64,000 bases of DNA from Octopus vulgaris (Eukaryota), in NCBI GenBank assembly GCA_951406725.2, contig OX597825.1, forward strand, positions 58,404,001 through 58,468,000, given 5' to 3'. The notes under the pieces are model-generated. The model worked only from the letters and a program-made list of their open reading frames with translations. It had not been told where the DNA came from and did not search any database. Every line of letters starts with the position of its first letter. Positions within the stretch are counted from its first letter, which is position 1. A program made the translations under genes and the position numbers. Positions 37,307-51,700 of this stretch are shown in pieces.

Positions 37307-37705
37307 AACTTGCAGTATCGCCCGACGTTGCTCGGGTTTGTTTCGACCCTTTAGAATTGGAATTTTTGAAAAGTAAAATTTTGCATTATGTAGCTTGCTA
37401 TTCTCTTTAAGTGAACATTTTTCTGGTTGAAATACACCGAAAAATGGCGACACAGCAGTCAAAAAATCGTAAAAAATAGGGATTTTCATAGAAAAGAAAA
37501 AAAGCATCTTTTTGATGTAAATAATTTTTGGTCTTAACATAGTCCGATTTGAATTTTTTCTTCTACGAAAGGAAGAGCAAGCCTTCTTCTATCATACTCT
37601 CAATTTTGGTCAACTTGCGCCGCAGGGTCTCGGAGGAGACAGAGTTAGTTGAAGGCTACCAAACCTGCCATACACAGACAACTTCAGCTTTATAGATAGA
37701 GAGAT
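37307..37705 (+). mobile_element. Non-autonomous Helitron/Helentron-like repeat
   Basis: Starts ACTTGCAGTATCGCCCGACGTTGCTCGGG (5' hairpin) and ends ACAGACAACTTCAGCTTTATAGATAGAGAGAT; interrupts an older repeat. Confidence 0.6.
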
Positions 37706-38003
37706 AAGCTTAAAGGAGATGGTCATAGCTGGAATGCTTTTGATCTTAAGTCTGCCCGATCACACCTGACTAGTGTTAAACAAAATATATATAAAAAAAA
37801 AACGAACATAAAGTCATGAGATTATGTGGTCATTGAAGATGCTAGAAATAAGTCAAATTTTCAAATCATACTGTATTCTTTGGAAAAAATGATACAGTAT
37901 TGTCTCAATAAATCACGGAGTGGGCACGGATAGAATGCCTTTGGTGTAGTCGATCAAGGGGCTAAATAATAATAACAGCTACACTAGAGAAAATCATCTC
38001 AAT

Positions 38004-38349
38004 CAGGGGTTCTCAAACATTTTTCTTTTATCTACGGACCCCTTTGATTACTATTTTATTCTGGTGCTCCCGCCATCCAGCCATTTGCTGTTTAAAAACT
38101 AGTTTTATAGAAATTTCTTTCAAATTCCTATTCTGTTTTTCACATATTGACTTGTGTAAGTTGAACTATGTAAATTGTCAGAGAGAGAAACCTCGCCGTT
38201 TCTTGCAATACAGACCAATACATCAAAAGCAAAATTTTTCAGGGGCCCTTAAAATATTATCGTGGATCCTCAATTTACTACGTTGTTGTGTGAACCCCTC
38301 AATCTTATATGGATTCGCAGGGGCCATAGATCCTGGTTGAAAACCGTTG
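38004..38349. mobile_element. hAT (Charlie-like) MITE
   Basis: CAGGGGTTCTCAA...TTGAAAACCGTTG; 8-bp TSD ATCTCAAT/ATCTAAAT (7/8). Confidence 0.8.
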
Positions 38350-38590
38350 ATCTAAATTGTATGATCATTTTTATGTGGTTACTCTGGATGCACTCAATAG
38401 CAGCCAAATCCCCCTCACCACCATCAATCTCATTCCTATATCTTAAATAAGAAACACCTATTTAGATTCATGTAGTCATAGATACACCTTAGTTAGAAAA
38501 GAGAGACAAAAGACGGGATGGTCACGACTGGAACACCTTTTAATCACAGGTCTGCTCATTCTGGGATAAGCTGGGGATGAATAACAATAG

Positions 38591-38632
<42 letters not shown>

Positions 38633-39396
38633 GTACTACTACGACTACTACTACGACTACGACAACGTCATCATAGACCATCATGATACATTGTGGGACA
38701 TGGACGTCTTGAAGTGATCTCTCAAAAATTATTTTGAGTGATCACTTCTTGGAGTGAAATAACAATCCAAGATTTTCCTCAAACCCCACTTTACCGTATT
38801 ACAAAATAAATAAATAAAATAAAATAAAATAATTTGGATTGTCATAACTGGAAAGCTAAGACTGTTCAGTGACTAACAACAAGAAATTTGTTAAAAATAT
38901 CGGAAACCACCGGGAATGTCCGAAGTGAGACAATCGGAATTTGTTAGCAATTAGCTGTGACAGGTGGACCTCGACTTTGTAATCGCCTTGTCACCAGCAT
39001 TCCAACACACACACACACACAGATCTCTTTATCTCTTCTTTCTGAGTTATTGGAATTTTCTTTCTTATTCTTCCTCGCTTCACAAGTTCATTTTTCTTTC
39101 TATTTCTCAATCGCTGTTTACGTTTTGTCTCTTTCTTTCCTTGTCATTTGTCCATTCCTACAATCTCTCTCTTCCAATTCGTCTTACCTTCTTTCTCATA
39201 CCTTCTCACCCCCACCTCATTCTGTTAGTTTCACTTTCATTATCATTTTATCCCACTTCTTCCCTGCACCGAGCTCCCTTATCTCATATCCCATTCTCAC
39301 TTCTCTTTCTTTCGTTGCCACTCCTTTCTCTCCCTGTTTATATATTCGTTTCTCCTCTTCCTTTTCAATTCAATGCGTTGTCATTCTCTTTCGATG

Positions 39397-39449
<53 letters not shown>

Positions 39450-39451
39450 AC

Positions 39452-39596
<145 letters not shown>

Positions 39597-39628
39597 CCTA
39601 TCTCTCTCTCTATCTATCTATCTATCTA

Positions 39629-39661
<33 letters not shown>

Positions 39662-39767
39662 ATCCATCCATATATCTATCTGTTCATCCATTCATCCGTC
39701 TGTCTGTCTATCTGTCTGTCTTTGCCTATCTATCTATTTTTCTATCTATCTATCTATCTATCTATCT

Positions 39768-40586
39768 GGCTCGAGAAACACGGGGCCGACCTGCCCGAGA
39801 TGCGGTCAGAGCGACGAAACCGTTCTGCACGCACTCGTTCAGTGTCCAACAATTTCCGACCTGTGGGCTTATGTCGAACAACTGCTGTCACGTGTGGGAC
39901 GAGTCGGTTTATCAGCTGAGTCTATCGTCAATATTGTCACGCCTCCTTCCTTCAAACGGGAAGGAAGAGCTATTTTCATCATCCTTGTGGCTATGGCGAA
40001 AGAATGTATCTGGTGGACGCGTCTGAAAGGATTGGAGACAAACACTTTCCTCTCTGGTCAATCTCTCATCAACTTCTTCAAGTACCACTTGAAAAGGAAA
40101 GTGAGAGTAGAGAGGCAAGTTTTGTCTAGCGAATGTTTTAAAAAAAGATGGGTGAATGTAGCAAGAATGGCACGTATGAATGACGAAGCCACCTTGAGCA
40201 TAGTCCTATGAACCCAGAAATCGAAAACAGAGAGTTGCTTATTTGCAAAAAGAAATATAAAATGTGACATCATTGACCGAGGTTACCGTGGTCTTTTCCG
40301 TAGGCTTTTCTTTGCACGGGTAAACCTCACCTGTCCTCCCCTTTACACTTCATATTGACATTTCTGTGATAACGATCCCTATTGATCAATTTTTTTCCTC
40401 CCCCCTTTTTTTTTAAACCCCCCTTTTTTTTGTCCTCTTTCTCTCCTTTTACGATCCCTTTTGTATCGAAACCCCCCCTTCCTTTTTTTTTTTTTTTTTT
40501 TTTTTTCTTTCTTAAACCTTCAAAAGAAAAGCTCTACCTTGTAATTTGTTCTATCTGTGTGCAGCCCTGTGTGGCTAATAAAGAAA
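39768..40586 (+). mobile_element. 5'-truncated L1/Tx1-clade LINE (CCHC zinc-finger C-terminus + 3' UTR) in (TATC)n
   Basis: Open frame [19 protein letters not shown]...AKECIWWTR...FKKRW to a stop at 40211; C/T-rich UTR ending AATAAAGAAA; (TATC)n on both sides. Confidence 0.88.
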
Positions 40587-40588
40587 CA

Positions 40589-40651
<63 letters not shown>

Positions 40652-41230
40652 GCGCCTGTCTATCTTGCTAACTATCTTTCTGTCTAACTACATATCTGCC
40701 TGTCTAACGATCTATCTGTTTATCTCTCTCTGTCTATCTGTTAGTCTAACTCTGTCTCTGTCCCCGCCAGTCTGTCTACCCGTCTTCTTCATTTATCTAT
40801 CTTTCTAACAGCGAGTATCTATCTATCTACCTACCTGTCAGTTCATCCATCTATCTACATTGTCTCCGTCCATCCATCCATCCATCCATCCAGGATTACC
40901 TCTGTGCTACAACGTGCGCGCGCGCGCGCGCGTGTGTATGTGCGCGCGCGCGCGAGTGCATATGTGAACATGGTATTTCTCACTGTTCTACGCCTCTCTT
41001 TCTCTCTAACATATCATTTTGTCTCTTTTACGCATCTCTTTCTCCCCCGACCACCTCTCTGCAGTATGTTATGTCACAGTCTCCCGCCTCCGCTTTCCAG
41101 CTTGAAAAGAATTTACCGCCCGTCCCTCCCTTCTAACTTTCTTCTTTTCCACTTTCCTTTCGGAATTCTCATCAATCATTTTTTTACGACGTTCGATCTT
41201 ACAACACACACACACACACACACACACTCA

Positions 41231-41261
<31 letters not shown>

Positions 41262-41334
41262 TCTCTCTCTCTCTCTCTCACTTACTCACGCACACATACG
41301 CGCACATTTTCTCACTTGCATTTACACCCACTCT

Positions 41335-41380
<46 letters not shown>

Positions 41381-41804
41381 CACTTACTCATGCGCACGCA
41401 CGCACGCACACATACGCGCACATTTTTTCACTTGCATTTACATCCACTCTCATTTACACACACTCACACATGTGACTTGTCATCCTGGATGGTCAAAGGT
41501 TGGGTATCTGTTCTCAGAGAAATAAACGTTTGATAGAATTGCTGAGTACTCTGTGTGTACACATATACATAAAACCCAGATTTAAATTAAGAGAGGTTCC
41601 AAGTAATTGGTTATTCTACATAAGAAGCCCCTCCCAAAAGACCTACGGCAGTGTCAAAGATACCATACTCTTTGACCCTTAGATTTTGGCCCTTAGATTT
41701 TGGCCCTTAGATGTCCCTTAGATTTTGGACCCTAGACGCTAGTGTTCCAGACTTTATTCAAATGCAGCCCTGTACATGCATACACCCACACGCACACACA
41801 CACG

Positions 41805-41859
<55 letters not shown>

Positions 41860-41984
41860 CACATACATACATACATCGTTTATTTAAAACAGTCTGGTAG
41901 ATTTTTTAAATTCTGGAGTAGCTTAACTACTGCACTCTATGTTTGTATTGAGGACTCCTTCAGATTGTTACCCCAACAACGTAT

Positions 41985-42505
41985 GTCATCATCATCATTA
42001 ACACCTGCTTTTCATGCTGGCATGGGTCATACGGTTTAACTGTAACTGGTAAGTCAGAGAGCTGCACCAAGTTCCAGTCTGATTTGGCATGGTTTCTATG
42101 GCTGGATTCCCTTCCTAATGTCAACTATGTGTACATAAAAAGCACCATTCGAGCATGGTTGATGCCAGTGCTGCTCGACTGGTCCTGTGCCAGTGGCACG
42201 TTAAAAGCACCATTCAAGCATGATCATTGCCAGTGCCACCTGACTGGCTCCCGTGCTGGTGGCATGTAAAGAGCACCATTCAAGCGTGGCCAATGCCAGT
42301 ACTGCCTGACTGACCCTTGTACCGGTGGCACGTAAAAAGCACCCATTACACTATCGGAGTGGTTGGCATTAGGAAGGGCATCCAGTTGTAGAAATTTTGT
42401 CAGATTGGATTGGAGCCTGGTACAGCTTTCTGGCTTGCCAGCCCTCAGTCAAACTGACCAACCCATGCCAGCATGGAAAGCAGATGTTAAATGATGATGA
42501 TGATG
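41985..42505. mobile_element. Two opposed copies of an RTE-tail SINE-like family (family D)
   Basis: GGCATTAGGAAGGGCATCCAG...CCCATGCCAGCATGGAAAGC..(GAT)n tail; internal GGTGGCACGTAAAAAGCACC repeats; further copies near 25850, 46790, 48350, 51110, 54470, 58510 and 63020. Confidence 0.8.
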
Positions 42506-42705
42506 ATATATATATATATACATACATACACACACACATGTATATATATTTTTGTATGTGTGAATGTATATATGCATACATACACACACAGAAATCTCTC
42601 TTTCTCTCTCTCTCTCTCTCTACACACACATGCACACAGGGGAAATGGCTTATAATCAAGGAATCAGAGATTAAATTATCAATTGGTTACTTTTATCAAC
42701 ATTAG

Positions 42706-43115
42706 ACGCAGGAGTGGCTGTGTAGTAAGTAGCTTGCTTATCAACCACATGGTTCCGGGTTCAGTCCCACTGCGTGGCATCTTGGGCAAGTGTCTTCTGC
42801 TATAGCCTCAGGCCGACCAATGCCTTGTGAGTGGATTTGGTAGACGGAAACTGAAAGAAGCCTGTCGTATATATGTATATATGTATATGTATGTATGTGT
42901 ATGTATATGTTTGTGTATCTGTGTTTGTCCCCCCACCATCGCCTGACAACCGATGCTGGTGTGTTTACGTCCCCGTCACTTAGCGGTTCGGCAAAAAGAG
43001 ATCGATAGAATAAGTACTGGGCTTACAAAGAATAAGTCCCGGGGTCGATTTGCTCGACTAAAGGTGGTGCTCCAGCATGGCCGCAGTCAAATGACTGAAA
43101 CGAGTAAAAGAGAGA
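42706..43115 (+). mobile_element. Full-length CORE-type SINE (family B)
   Basis: GCAGGAGTGGCTGTGTAGTAAG...GGGTTCAGTCCC...CTTGGGCAAGT...AAATGACTGAAACGAGTAAAAG. Confidence 0.9.
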
Positions 43116-43392
43116 GAGATTAGTGTGTTGAAAACTATTTAAAAAGAATTAAAAATTATTCATTTACTAGAATCAATGCACCTAATATTGTTATAATTCT
43201 GAAGCAAACAGCTACATAGCCACTGTAGTCACTAATGTAAAACCGTGATAGTCATAGCATCATCATATGTGTGTGAGGTGATGGTGAGATAGTGTAATGT
43301 ATATTAGTAAGGGAGTGAATAAAATACTGGTGTGAGAAGTTTGGTCAGTGGGGCTGGTGATATTGGTGTATGTGTGTATTGGAATCTATTTA

Positions 43393-43827
43393 TTACGCCC
43401 GACACCACTGGGAGGTGGCCCTCGAAGTCACTGGAAATGGAGATCTCCAGGTTCAAATTCTTGAACGGCTCCTTTAGTGGCTGCCAATATGAGCAGAAGT
43501 AGTGGGGAGAGCATGCTAGTCATGTATTGAGAGGGATTTGCGGGGGTTGAAACACTGTGTAACACGATTTTTGTCCTTGGGTAGCAACTGTTATTTCCCG
43601 TTTGCTGATCCCTAGAAAGTATGAAAAATGGCTAATATTTCTTTAAAATTTTGCTTTTGTTATAGTTATTCAACCCCCGCAAATCCCTCTCGATACATGG
43701 CTAGCATGCTCTCCCCACTACTTCTGCTCATATTGGCAGCCACTAAAAGAGCCGTTCAAGAATTTGAACCCGGAGATCTCCATTTCCAGCGACTTCGAGG
43801 GCCACCTTCCAGTGGTGTCGGGCGTAA
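43393..43827. mobile_element. Foldback MITE with ~158-bp GC-rich inverted arms
   Basis: 43393-43551 is the near-perfect reverse complement of 43668-43827; termini TTACGCCCGACACC/GGTGTCGGGCGTAA. Confidence 0.85.
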
Positions 43828-44364
43828 ACGAAGAGCCCTCGACTACAACAAGACAACCAAAGTTTTTTTTTTCCAAAGTCTGGAGTCTCCAGCCCCTAAG
43901 CCCTAGACCATTACCTAATTGCCCTTACCCATCTTGTTGCTTAACAACAACAACAGCCACTCAGGGACATGCTCAAGTGGTTAAGGTCAAGCAGCTGACA
44001 AGCAAATCTGTGGTATTGAGCAGAATATTTGCTATAACGATATTTCTGCTTCAGTAACTCAGTGCTGAATCTGTCTAAAATGTAATGGAAAATAGATCAG
44101 TTTCAAAACGTTGATGTCCAGGTCACAAAAGCAAAGTTTGAAGAGAATAGCTGTCATTTCTTTTGATTTCTAGATAGAGGCAAATAAGAAATAACACTTA
44201 ATGACTAAAGACAACAAAATTAATTTGAATAAATGTAAGAACTTGTTATTGTTAACAAATTAGTGAGTTGCATTCATTATTTTTATTTAATATGAATGAA
44301 GAATTTTTCTATTCATCAGAATCAGGGGCACATATATTGTTACAGCCTCTGCTTAATGTTATCT

Positions 44365-44740
44365 ATAACATCTGGAATGAGAAAGTGTTTGGGGAGCTGT
44401 GAAATGTGGTTAGCATGGATGAACAAAGTGTCTAATGAAGAAGTGATGACCTGGGCTGTGGTAAATAGGAGACGGCTTTGTGATATAAGGGCCAAATGAC
44501 TGAGATTTCTTGGACATGTGATGAGGAAAGAGGGTCTGGAGAATTTAGCGATGACTGGAAAGATAGGAGGGGAAGAAACGATGGAAGAAAACGGATGATA
44601 TGGATGTCAAGCTTAAGAAACTGATTGGAAGAAAGCGGCATTAAACATTGGCAAGTAGAACTTTAAAAGATAAAAAAAAGAACTGAATATTGTGGCTGGG
44701 CAAGATCACTTATGTATTACATTTTGGACATCATACCTAA
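44365..44740 (+). mobile_element. RTE-clade LINE 3' fragment
   Basis: WMNKVSNEEVM...LRFLGHVMRKEGLENLAMTGKIGG is typical of RTE/BovB C-termini; stops present. Confidence 0.75.
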
Positions 44741-45198
44741 AAACAAAAACAAATGTTATCGGTGAATTATTATGGAAAATGCTCCACAAAAAGTGGTTTC
44801 CTTGCTATATCAATTTATAAAATGTGTTAGCTGTTTTTTTACTGCTCTCTTTCTGTCTCTCTCTCTCTTTCTCTGTTATGCTGGAAGGAGAAAGTGGTGT
44901 TTGTCCTGAGAAAAGTGTGAGAGAGAAAGAATGTGTTATAAAAGAGAGGTAGATTTGATAGATAAACAGATAAGTGGGACACTGACAGAGTTAGAGGCAG
45001 AAAAAGAGAGAGTGTAGAAGGTGTGTGTAGAATATAGGATGGGATGGAAGAAGGAGTGAGAGTAGAAGAGATAGAGCAAGTAAGAGAGGAAGGATGATAA
45101 GAACAAAAATAGAAAATTAGAGAGGTGATGTGATAAAACAACAGGCATACAGAGACAGGGAGAGAGAGCATATGTATGACAGAGGGAATGATAGAGGT

Positions 45199-45235
<37 letters not shown>

Positions 45236-45409
45236 TTTGTGTACGAAATTGAAGTGATAGGGCAAGATGTTGGGAAATGAAGAGGCTGGAAGCACATTTT
45301 CTTTGAAAGATAAAAAGTGACATAATATATTTATTTTATGAAGCACTCTTAAAGGTTTTGCATGAAAACATTTTTTTTCATATATATGTGTGTGTATATA
45401 TATATATAT

Positions 45410-45995
45410 GTGACCTCGTCTGTACCACTAGCGATTTTTTCCCCCTGTCTTCCCTTCTCGGGATCTTTCCTTCTCCTATGTTTCCGACAAAGAACTCCGC
45501 TCGAAATGTCAAACCCTCCTTCTTCCCTTCTTTCCTGAGCGTCCAATAATACTTTATTTGTTCCACGTCCTTGCGTTGTTTTTTTGTTTTTGTTTTCTTG
45601 TTTGGATTAACTATATATATATATATATATATATACATATATGTGTGGGATTGGTGATGCAAGCAGGAAAATAGAATTCAACACATGAGTGCATTATATG
45701 TTTTTATTAATAAACAGCTGAACTTACAGAGTGACTCAGGGGCTGAGAGAGTTTTGTGCTGCTTTTTCCTGTTGTCGTTTCTCTCCATCTGCTCTTGCTT
45801 GCCTCTCTCTCCTTCCCTTTCTTTAAACCTTTTTTTATTTTCTCTCCCTGTTTATTTCTGTGTTCCTTTCTGTCAAAGAGCATAGGCTTGAAATGTAAAA
45901 GACTTTCTCACTTCCTGTTCTGACCATTAAACTAATACATCTGTTTGTTGTTTACATACCCGTCTTTGCCTTTTGTTTTTTTGTAAATTCTCACT
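45410..45995 (+). mobile_element. Two adjacent (TA)n-bounded pLTR-like remnants with decayed hammerhead motifs (45480-45514, 45866-45901)
   Basis: Homologous to 23985-24187 and 16678-16826 respectively. Confidence 0.55.
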
Positions 45996-46713
45996 ATATA
46001 TATATATATATATATACTCACACATATACGTTTTCATATACCCATCTCACTGTCTGTATGTATGTGTGTGCGTGTGTGCTTATATATATTTGTATAATAT
46101 ACATAATATATATATGCATATATATATATATATACGTATATGTACATACTTCTATACGTATATATACATGCATATGTGGGTACAGGACATCACGAAACAT
46201 GTACAAAAATTGCGAAGTATGAGTACATGGAATATGAACTATTTTTTTGAACAGCAAAAAACACAAAAGGAAAACAAGACACAACACCAAAAAACGACTC
46301 TTCATCAATTGTTGGCTGTTTTTCTACTCTCATATTTTGAGCATTTAACAAGATATGCTTTTGATAAAACAGTTGCTCTCACAAAGCAAATTGAATAAAA
46401 TTAGGGATTTTGTGGAGGTTCAAAATTGGTAACACAAGCAGGACAGTGAAAACAAACAGGAAGGGCTGCTAGCCGAAATGAGGTTGTGGTGGCAAACCCG
46501 TAAATCAAGCTTGGACAAGTGACAGACAAGAACACGTCTTCCTTGATCCAGCTACAATGGAGAGAAAGAAAGAAACACAAGTTAGGAGAAGAAAGGTGGT
46601 CAATGGTTATGTGGGAGCCACTTGAGCAAGGGAGGAAGGGTGAGGGAGAGAGAGAGAATGACACGCAGAGAATTGTGAAGGGGAGAGGAAAAAATTGGAG
46701 ATAGGATAAGTGA

Positions 46714-46788
<75 letters not shown>

Positions 46789-48774
46789 GTCCACTCTGTA
46801 AAATGGTTGGCATTAGGAAGACATGCAGTTGTAAAAATCATGCCAAAGCAGACAATGGAGCTTGGTGCAGTCCTCTGGCTTACCAGCTCCTGTCAAACCA
46901 ACCAACCAACACAAGCATGGAAAATGGATGTTGCATGATAATGATGATAATATACATGCACACACACACACACATGCATATGCATCTACACATATTTCAA
47001 TAGACTGCTCTCATGCTTATTTCCCTTTGCATATGCTTACTCTTCTCTGCTGGAAACCACCAGCTTTACTCACCTTTCATTTGTCATTGCAGCAATCATC
47101 ATCTTTGAGAATCCTATACTGTATTTTTGTTTTTAATTGTTTTCTTTCTTCTCTCCTATCTTGACAAAGGACAACTCAACATCAACATCATCTTTTTCCT
47201 TCATAGTATAATGACAGTATTTTACTCCAGTTTTTTGCTTTGTTCATGTCTTAACCTCAATTTATATTAATAAGTCTTAGTTACATATTTTACTATGTAG
47301 TGTCTGAAATCTAATTCTACTGCAAGATATCTAACAATGTTATTATATGCAACCTTATTGCTATTTCTAATTTTATTGTATTATCTTACTTCAATGTTTC
47401 ATCCAAGTCTCCTGGGTGATACCTAAGTTTATGAGATGTGTGTATGTGTGGGTGATATCCATTTTTACTGTGTTATCCAATTTTATGGTGCTATCATATT
47501 TCATTGTGATATCTAATATTTACTGTATGACATTTAACTTCACTGTGTTATTTAAAATTACTGTGATATCTCAAACTTTCTTCTGATATCTACATTCACT
47601 GCAACATCTAAGTGTATTTTAATAGCTGTAATTTTTATGTGTGAAGGTGCATGACTCCGGGGTTAGAGCATCAGGCTCACAGTCATGACAGAGTAAGTTC
47701 AATTCCCAGACTGAGCTGTGTGTTGTGTTCTTGAGCAAGACATTTTATCTCACATTTCTCCAGTTCACTCAGCTGTAGAAATGGGTTGCGACATCACTGG
47801 TGCGAAGCTGTATCAGCCTTTGCTTTTCCTTTGGACAACATCAGTGGCATGGAGAGGGGAGACTGGTATGCATGGGCGACTGCTGGTCTTCTATAAACAA
47901 CCTTGCCCAGACTTGTGCCTGGGAGGGTAACTTTCTAGGTGCAATCCCATGGTCATTCATGACTGAAATGGGTCTTTACTCTTTGCGCAAACTTTATGTA
48001 CCTTTAATGTGTAGAAAGAAGTCATTGACTTCTTTCAGTTTCCGTCTACCAAATCCACTCACAAGGCTTTGGTTAGTCCGAGGCTATAGCAGAAGACACC
48101 TGCCCAGGGTGCCACGCAGTGGTACTGAACCCAGAACCATGTGGTTGGTAAGCAAGCTACTTACCACACAGCCACTCCTTGCTCATAACCTTATGATCAC
48201 AAGTCGAATACCCTAACCACTTAGCCACATGCCTTCACAATCTTAAATACACTATGAAGAAAGACTAAATAGTGTGGTCATTGTTCATATGTTGTTGATC
48301 ATAGGTCTTCTGGATGAAGACTGACCCTGAGTTAAACTGTAACAACTAGGATCATCATCATCGTTTAACGTCCGCTTTCCCTGCTGGCATGGGTTGGACG
48401 GTTTGACTGGGACTGACGAACCAGATGGCTGCACCAGACTCCAATCTGATCTGGCAGAGTTTCTACAGCTGGATGCCCTTCCTAATGCCAACCACTCCGA
48501 GAGTGTAATGGGTGCTTTTACGTGCCACCAGCACGAGGGCCAGTCAAGCAGTACTGGCAATAGCCATGCTCAAAAGGTGCATTTTATGTGCCACCTGCAC
48601 AGGAGCCAGTCCAGCAGCACTGGCAACAACCTAGCTCGAGTGTTTTTTCACGTGCCCCCAGCACAAGTACTAGTAAGGCGACGCAGGTAACAATCATGCT
48701 CGAATGGTGTTTTTAACGTACCATTGGCATCATCTGTAAGATAATACTGTACCAGTAAATATCCAGCAAGTCTG

Positions 48775-51700
48775 CGCCTGGAAGTAGTCTACATTTCTGG
48801 ATTTTCTGGTTTTATGGAGATAGCCTGAATACATACTTAAACTGTAAAATAGACTATGAAAAGTAAAGAACTAATTCTATTTACCAGATTAAAATTAATA
48901 TATTTCTGAAGCAGAGTCTATTTGATATCTATGAATCCACTAAAAATTCTTAAAATATATCATAATACACCATGTATACAGTATAATGTATATAAGATGA
49001 ACATTAAATGAAGGAAAGTAAAGGATATGATTTTATTTAACAGATATAGGTACAAATTAATACACTTTTAAAGCAGAGTATGTTTAATCTTTATCAGTCT
49101 CCATAAAAAAATTAAAGTACAAAACTATTTTTAATATAGCTTATATAAATCAAGTGGAGGTGCATGGCTTAGTGGTTAGGATGTTGAACTCATGATCGTA
49201 AGGTTGTGGTTTCGATTCCTGGACTGGGCGATATGTTTTATTCTTGAGAAAAACAATTCATTTTCACGTTGCTCCAGTCCACTCAGCTGGCAAAAATGAG
49301 TAATCCTGAAACGGACCAGTGTCCGGTCCAGGTGGGGAATTTCTAAACCACTGAAACTGGGAAACCAGCCCTTATGTGTCTGGCATGGCTTGAGAAGGAA
49401 CTTTTATTTATATAAATCAAAAGACTTCAAAAACAGGGTCTGTTTCTTTGATATAGAATACAGTATATTGTACACTGTTGCACAACATTTACAGATTTCT
49501 GGAAATTCTGGATTTCTGAAAGGAGGATAAGATATTCATAACTGTACCATCAATGCTGTCACCACCATATTAAGTCTTAAGTAATGGACATTCATCAGTT
49601 TTGGTGATCTGATCTTTGAATTAACATGCAGGTGGCTGAGTATTCCTCAGACATATGCTGAGTCCCCCTTCGGTCATGACTGACTGTGGGATTGCACCTA
49701 GAAAGTTACCCTCCCAGGCACAAGTCCAGGCAAGGTTGTTTATGGAAGACCAGCAGTCGCCCAGGCATACCGGCTTCCCCTCTCCGTGGCACCAGTGTTT
49801 TATCCAAGGGAAAGGCAAAGGCCGATACAGGTTGGCACCAGTGATGTCGCAATTCATTTCTACAGCTGAGTGAACTGGAGCAACGTGAAATAAAGTGTCT
49901 TGCTCCAGAACACAACACACAGCCCGGTCTGGGATTCGAACTCACAACATCACGATCGTAAGCTCGACGTTCTAACCACTGAGCCATGTGCCTTCAGACA
50001 TATGTACCTTTAATATAATGCCTAGGCAGAATGAGTGTAACTCAATGTAACAAGGCTCGAGTTATTATAGCTGTGATACACAGTTTCTATCCACCTTCCA
50101 TCAGGTGAACTAGTTAATCATTTGCCCTTGCTGTCTCCACGTCAACTTACTAACACTAAAAAATAAAACTACTTTGGCACCACTACAACAATGATACCAC
50201 CACCACCACTACTGCTGGTGTTGCTGCTGCTACCAACAGCAGCAAAAATAAAGACCACCACAAATACAAACACAGACAATAGCAGCTACTCTACAAAAGA
50301 AGAAAAAAAATCATGATGCACAGCAATTGTATAATAAACTCCATTATCTCAACTAGTGCTACCTCCATCACCACCACCACCACCACCACCACAATTACCT
50401 TACCACTACAATTACCATCACCACCTATAGCAACAACAAACAATATTATTATTATTATTATTGTTATTATTATTATTATTATTCTTAATAATAATAATAA
50501 TAATAATGATGATGATGATGATGAGAAGGCATTTAGAAGACATCAATTGAAACTAGATACTTGATTCCATAGACTAAATGAAGACATTCTACAAAATTCT
50601 ATACAGCGGAAAAGAAAACGTTGCCATTTAAAAGACATATGATATTCCATCTGCAATAGAAATTAGGCAATTAAAGACCTAATCAAGGGAAATAAATATG
50701 TTAATGCAAAGTTCTGATTACTTCAGAGAATTGTTGTTATTTATAGCATGGCTGTTTCATGAAAATTACTTTGATATCGGACAAACATCCACATTGCTAT
50801 ACAGATGTATGACTATGCATTTATTACAATGTGTTTTGTTAGTTTAAATAGAAATGACATTGGGTACAGACAAGGCTATGTGGTTAAGAAGTTTGCTTCC
50901 CAACCACATGGTTTCAGGTTCAGTCCTACTGTGTGGTACTTTAGGCTAGTGTCTTCAATTGTAGTCTAGGCTAAGCCAAAACTGGATTTGGTCAACTGAG
51001 ACTGAAAGAAGGCTCTTGTGTATATATGTATATATATCTGTGTGTGTGTGTGTGTGCATGTGTATAGGTGTGTGAGTGTGTCTATGTTTGTATCTCTTTC
51101 TCTTGACATTGTATCATCATCATCATCATCATCATTGTTTAACATCTGCTTTCCATGCTAGCATGAGTTGGACGATTTGACTGAGGTCTGGCGAACCAGA
51201 TGGCTGCACCTGACTCCAATCTGATCTGGCAGAGTTTCTACAACTGGATGCCCTTCCTAATGCCAATTGTAAATTGTGTGGCTGTAAATTAGTGTGGCTA
51301 TCATACAAGCCATATCTGCATCTCCTGTTTTCTAACATGTCTGGCAATGAGGAAATATTACCTTACATGGCAGCAGGAAGGGAATCTGACTGTTGAAAAA
51401 TCTACTTCAATAAATTCCATCCAACCCATACAAGCATGGAAAAGTGGACATTAAAAAAATGATGATGATGATTCTTGCAATCTTTATAGGTAGGTCTTCA
51501 TTGAATGAGGGATTGAGTACTTGAGAAAAGTCATGATATGAAGTGAGTGGGGAAGATGAGAGTGGAGAAAGGAAATGGGAAAGGTTACGACAACTAGGAA
51601 ATAGGCAGGGAGAAAAAACAGCATCAGTCATTAGAAATAATAATAATTATTGTATATGGCTCAGTGGTTAGAGTGTCAAGCTTACGATTGTGAGGTTGTG

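Noticed and set aside
41673-41735. CCCTTAGATTTTGG repeats as a CRISPR-like array
   Set aside because: A simple 14-bp minisatellite without unique spacers, in eukaryotic DNA.
50560-50655. Possible minus-strand exon after TTTCTATTGCAG
   Set aside because: Weak donor, short frame and no recognisable product.
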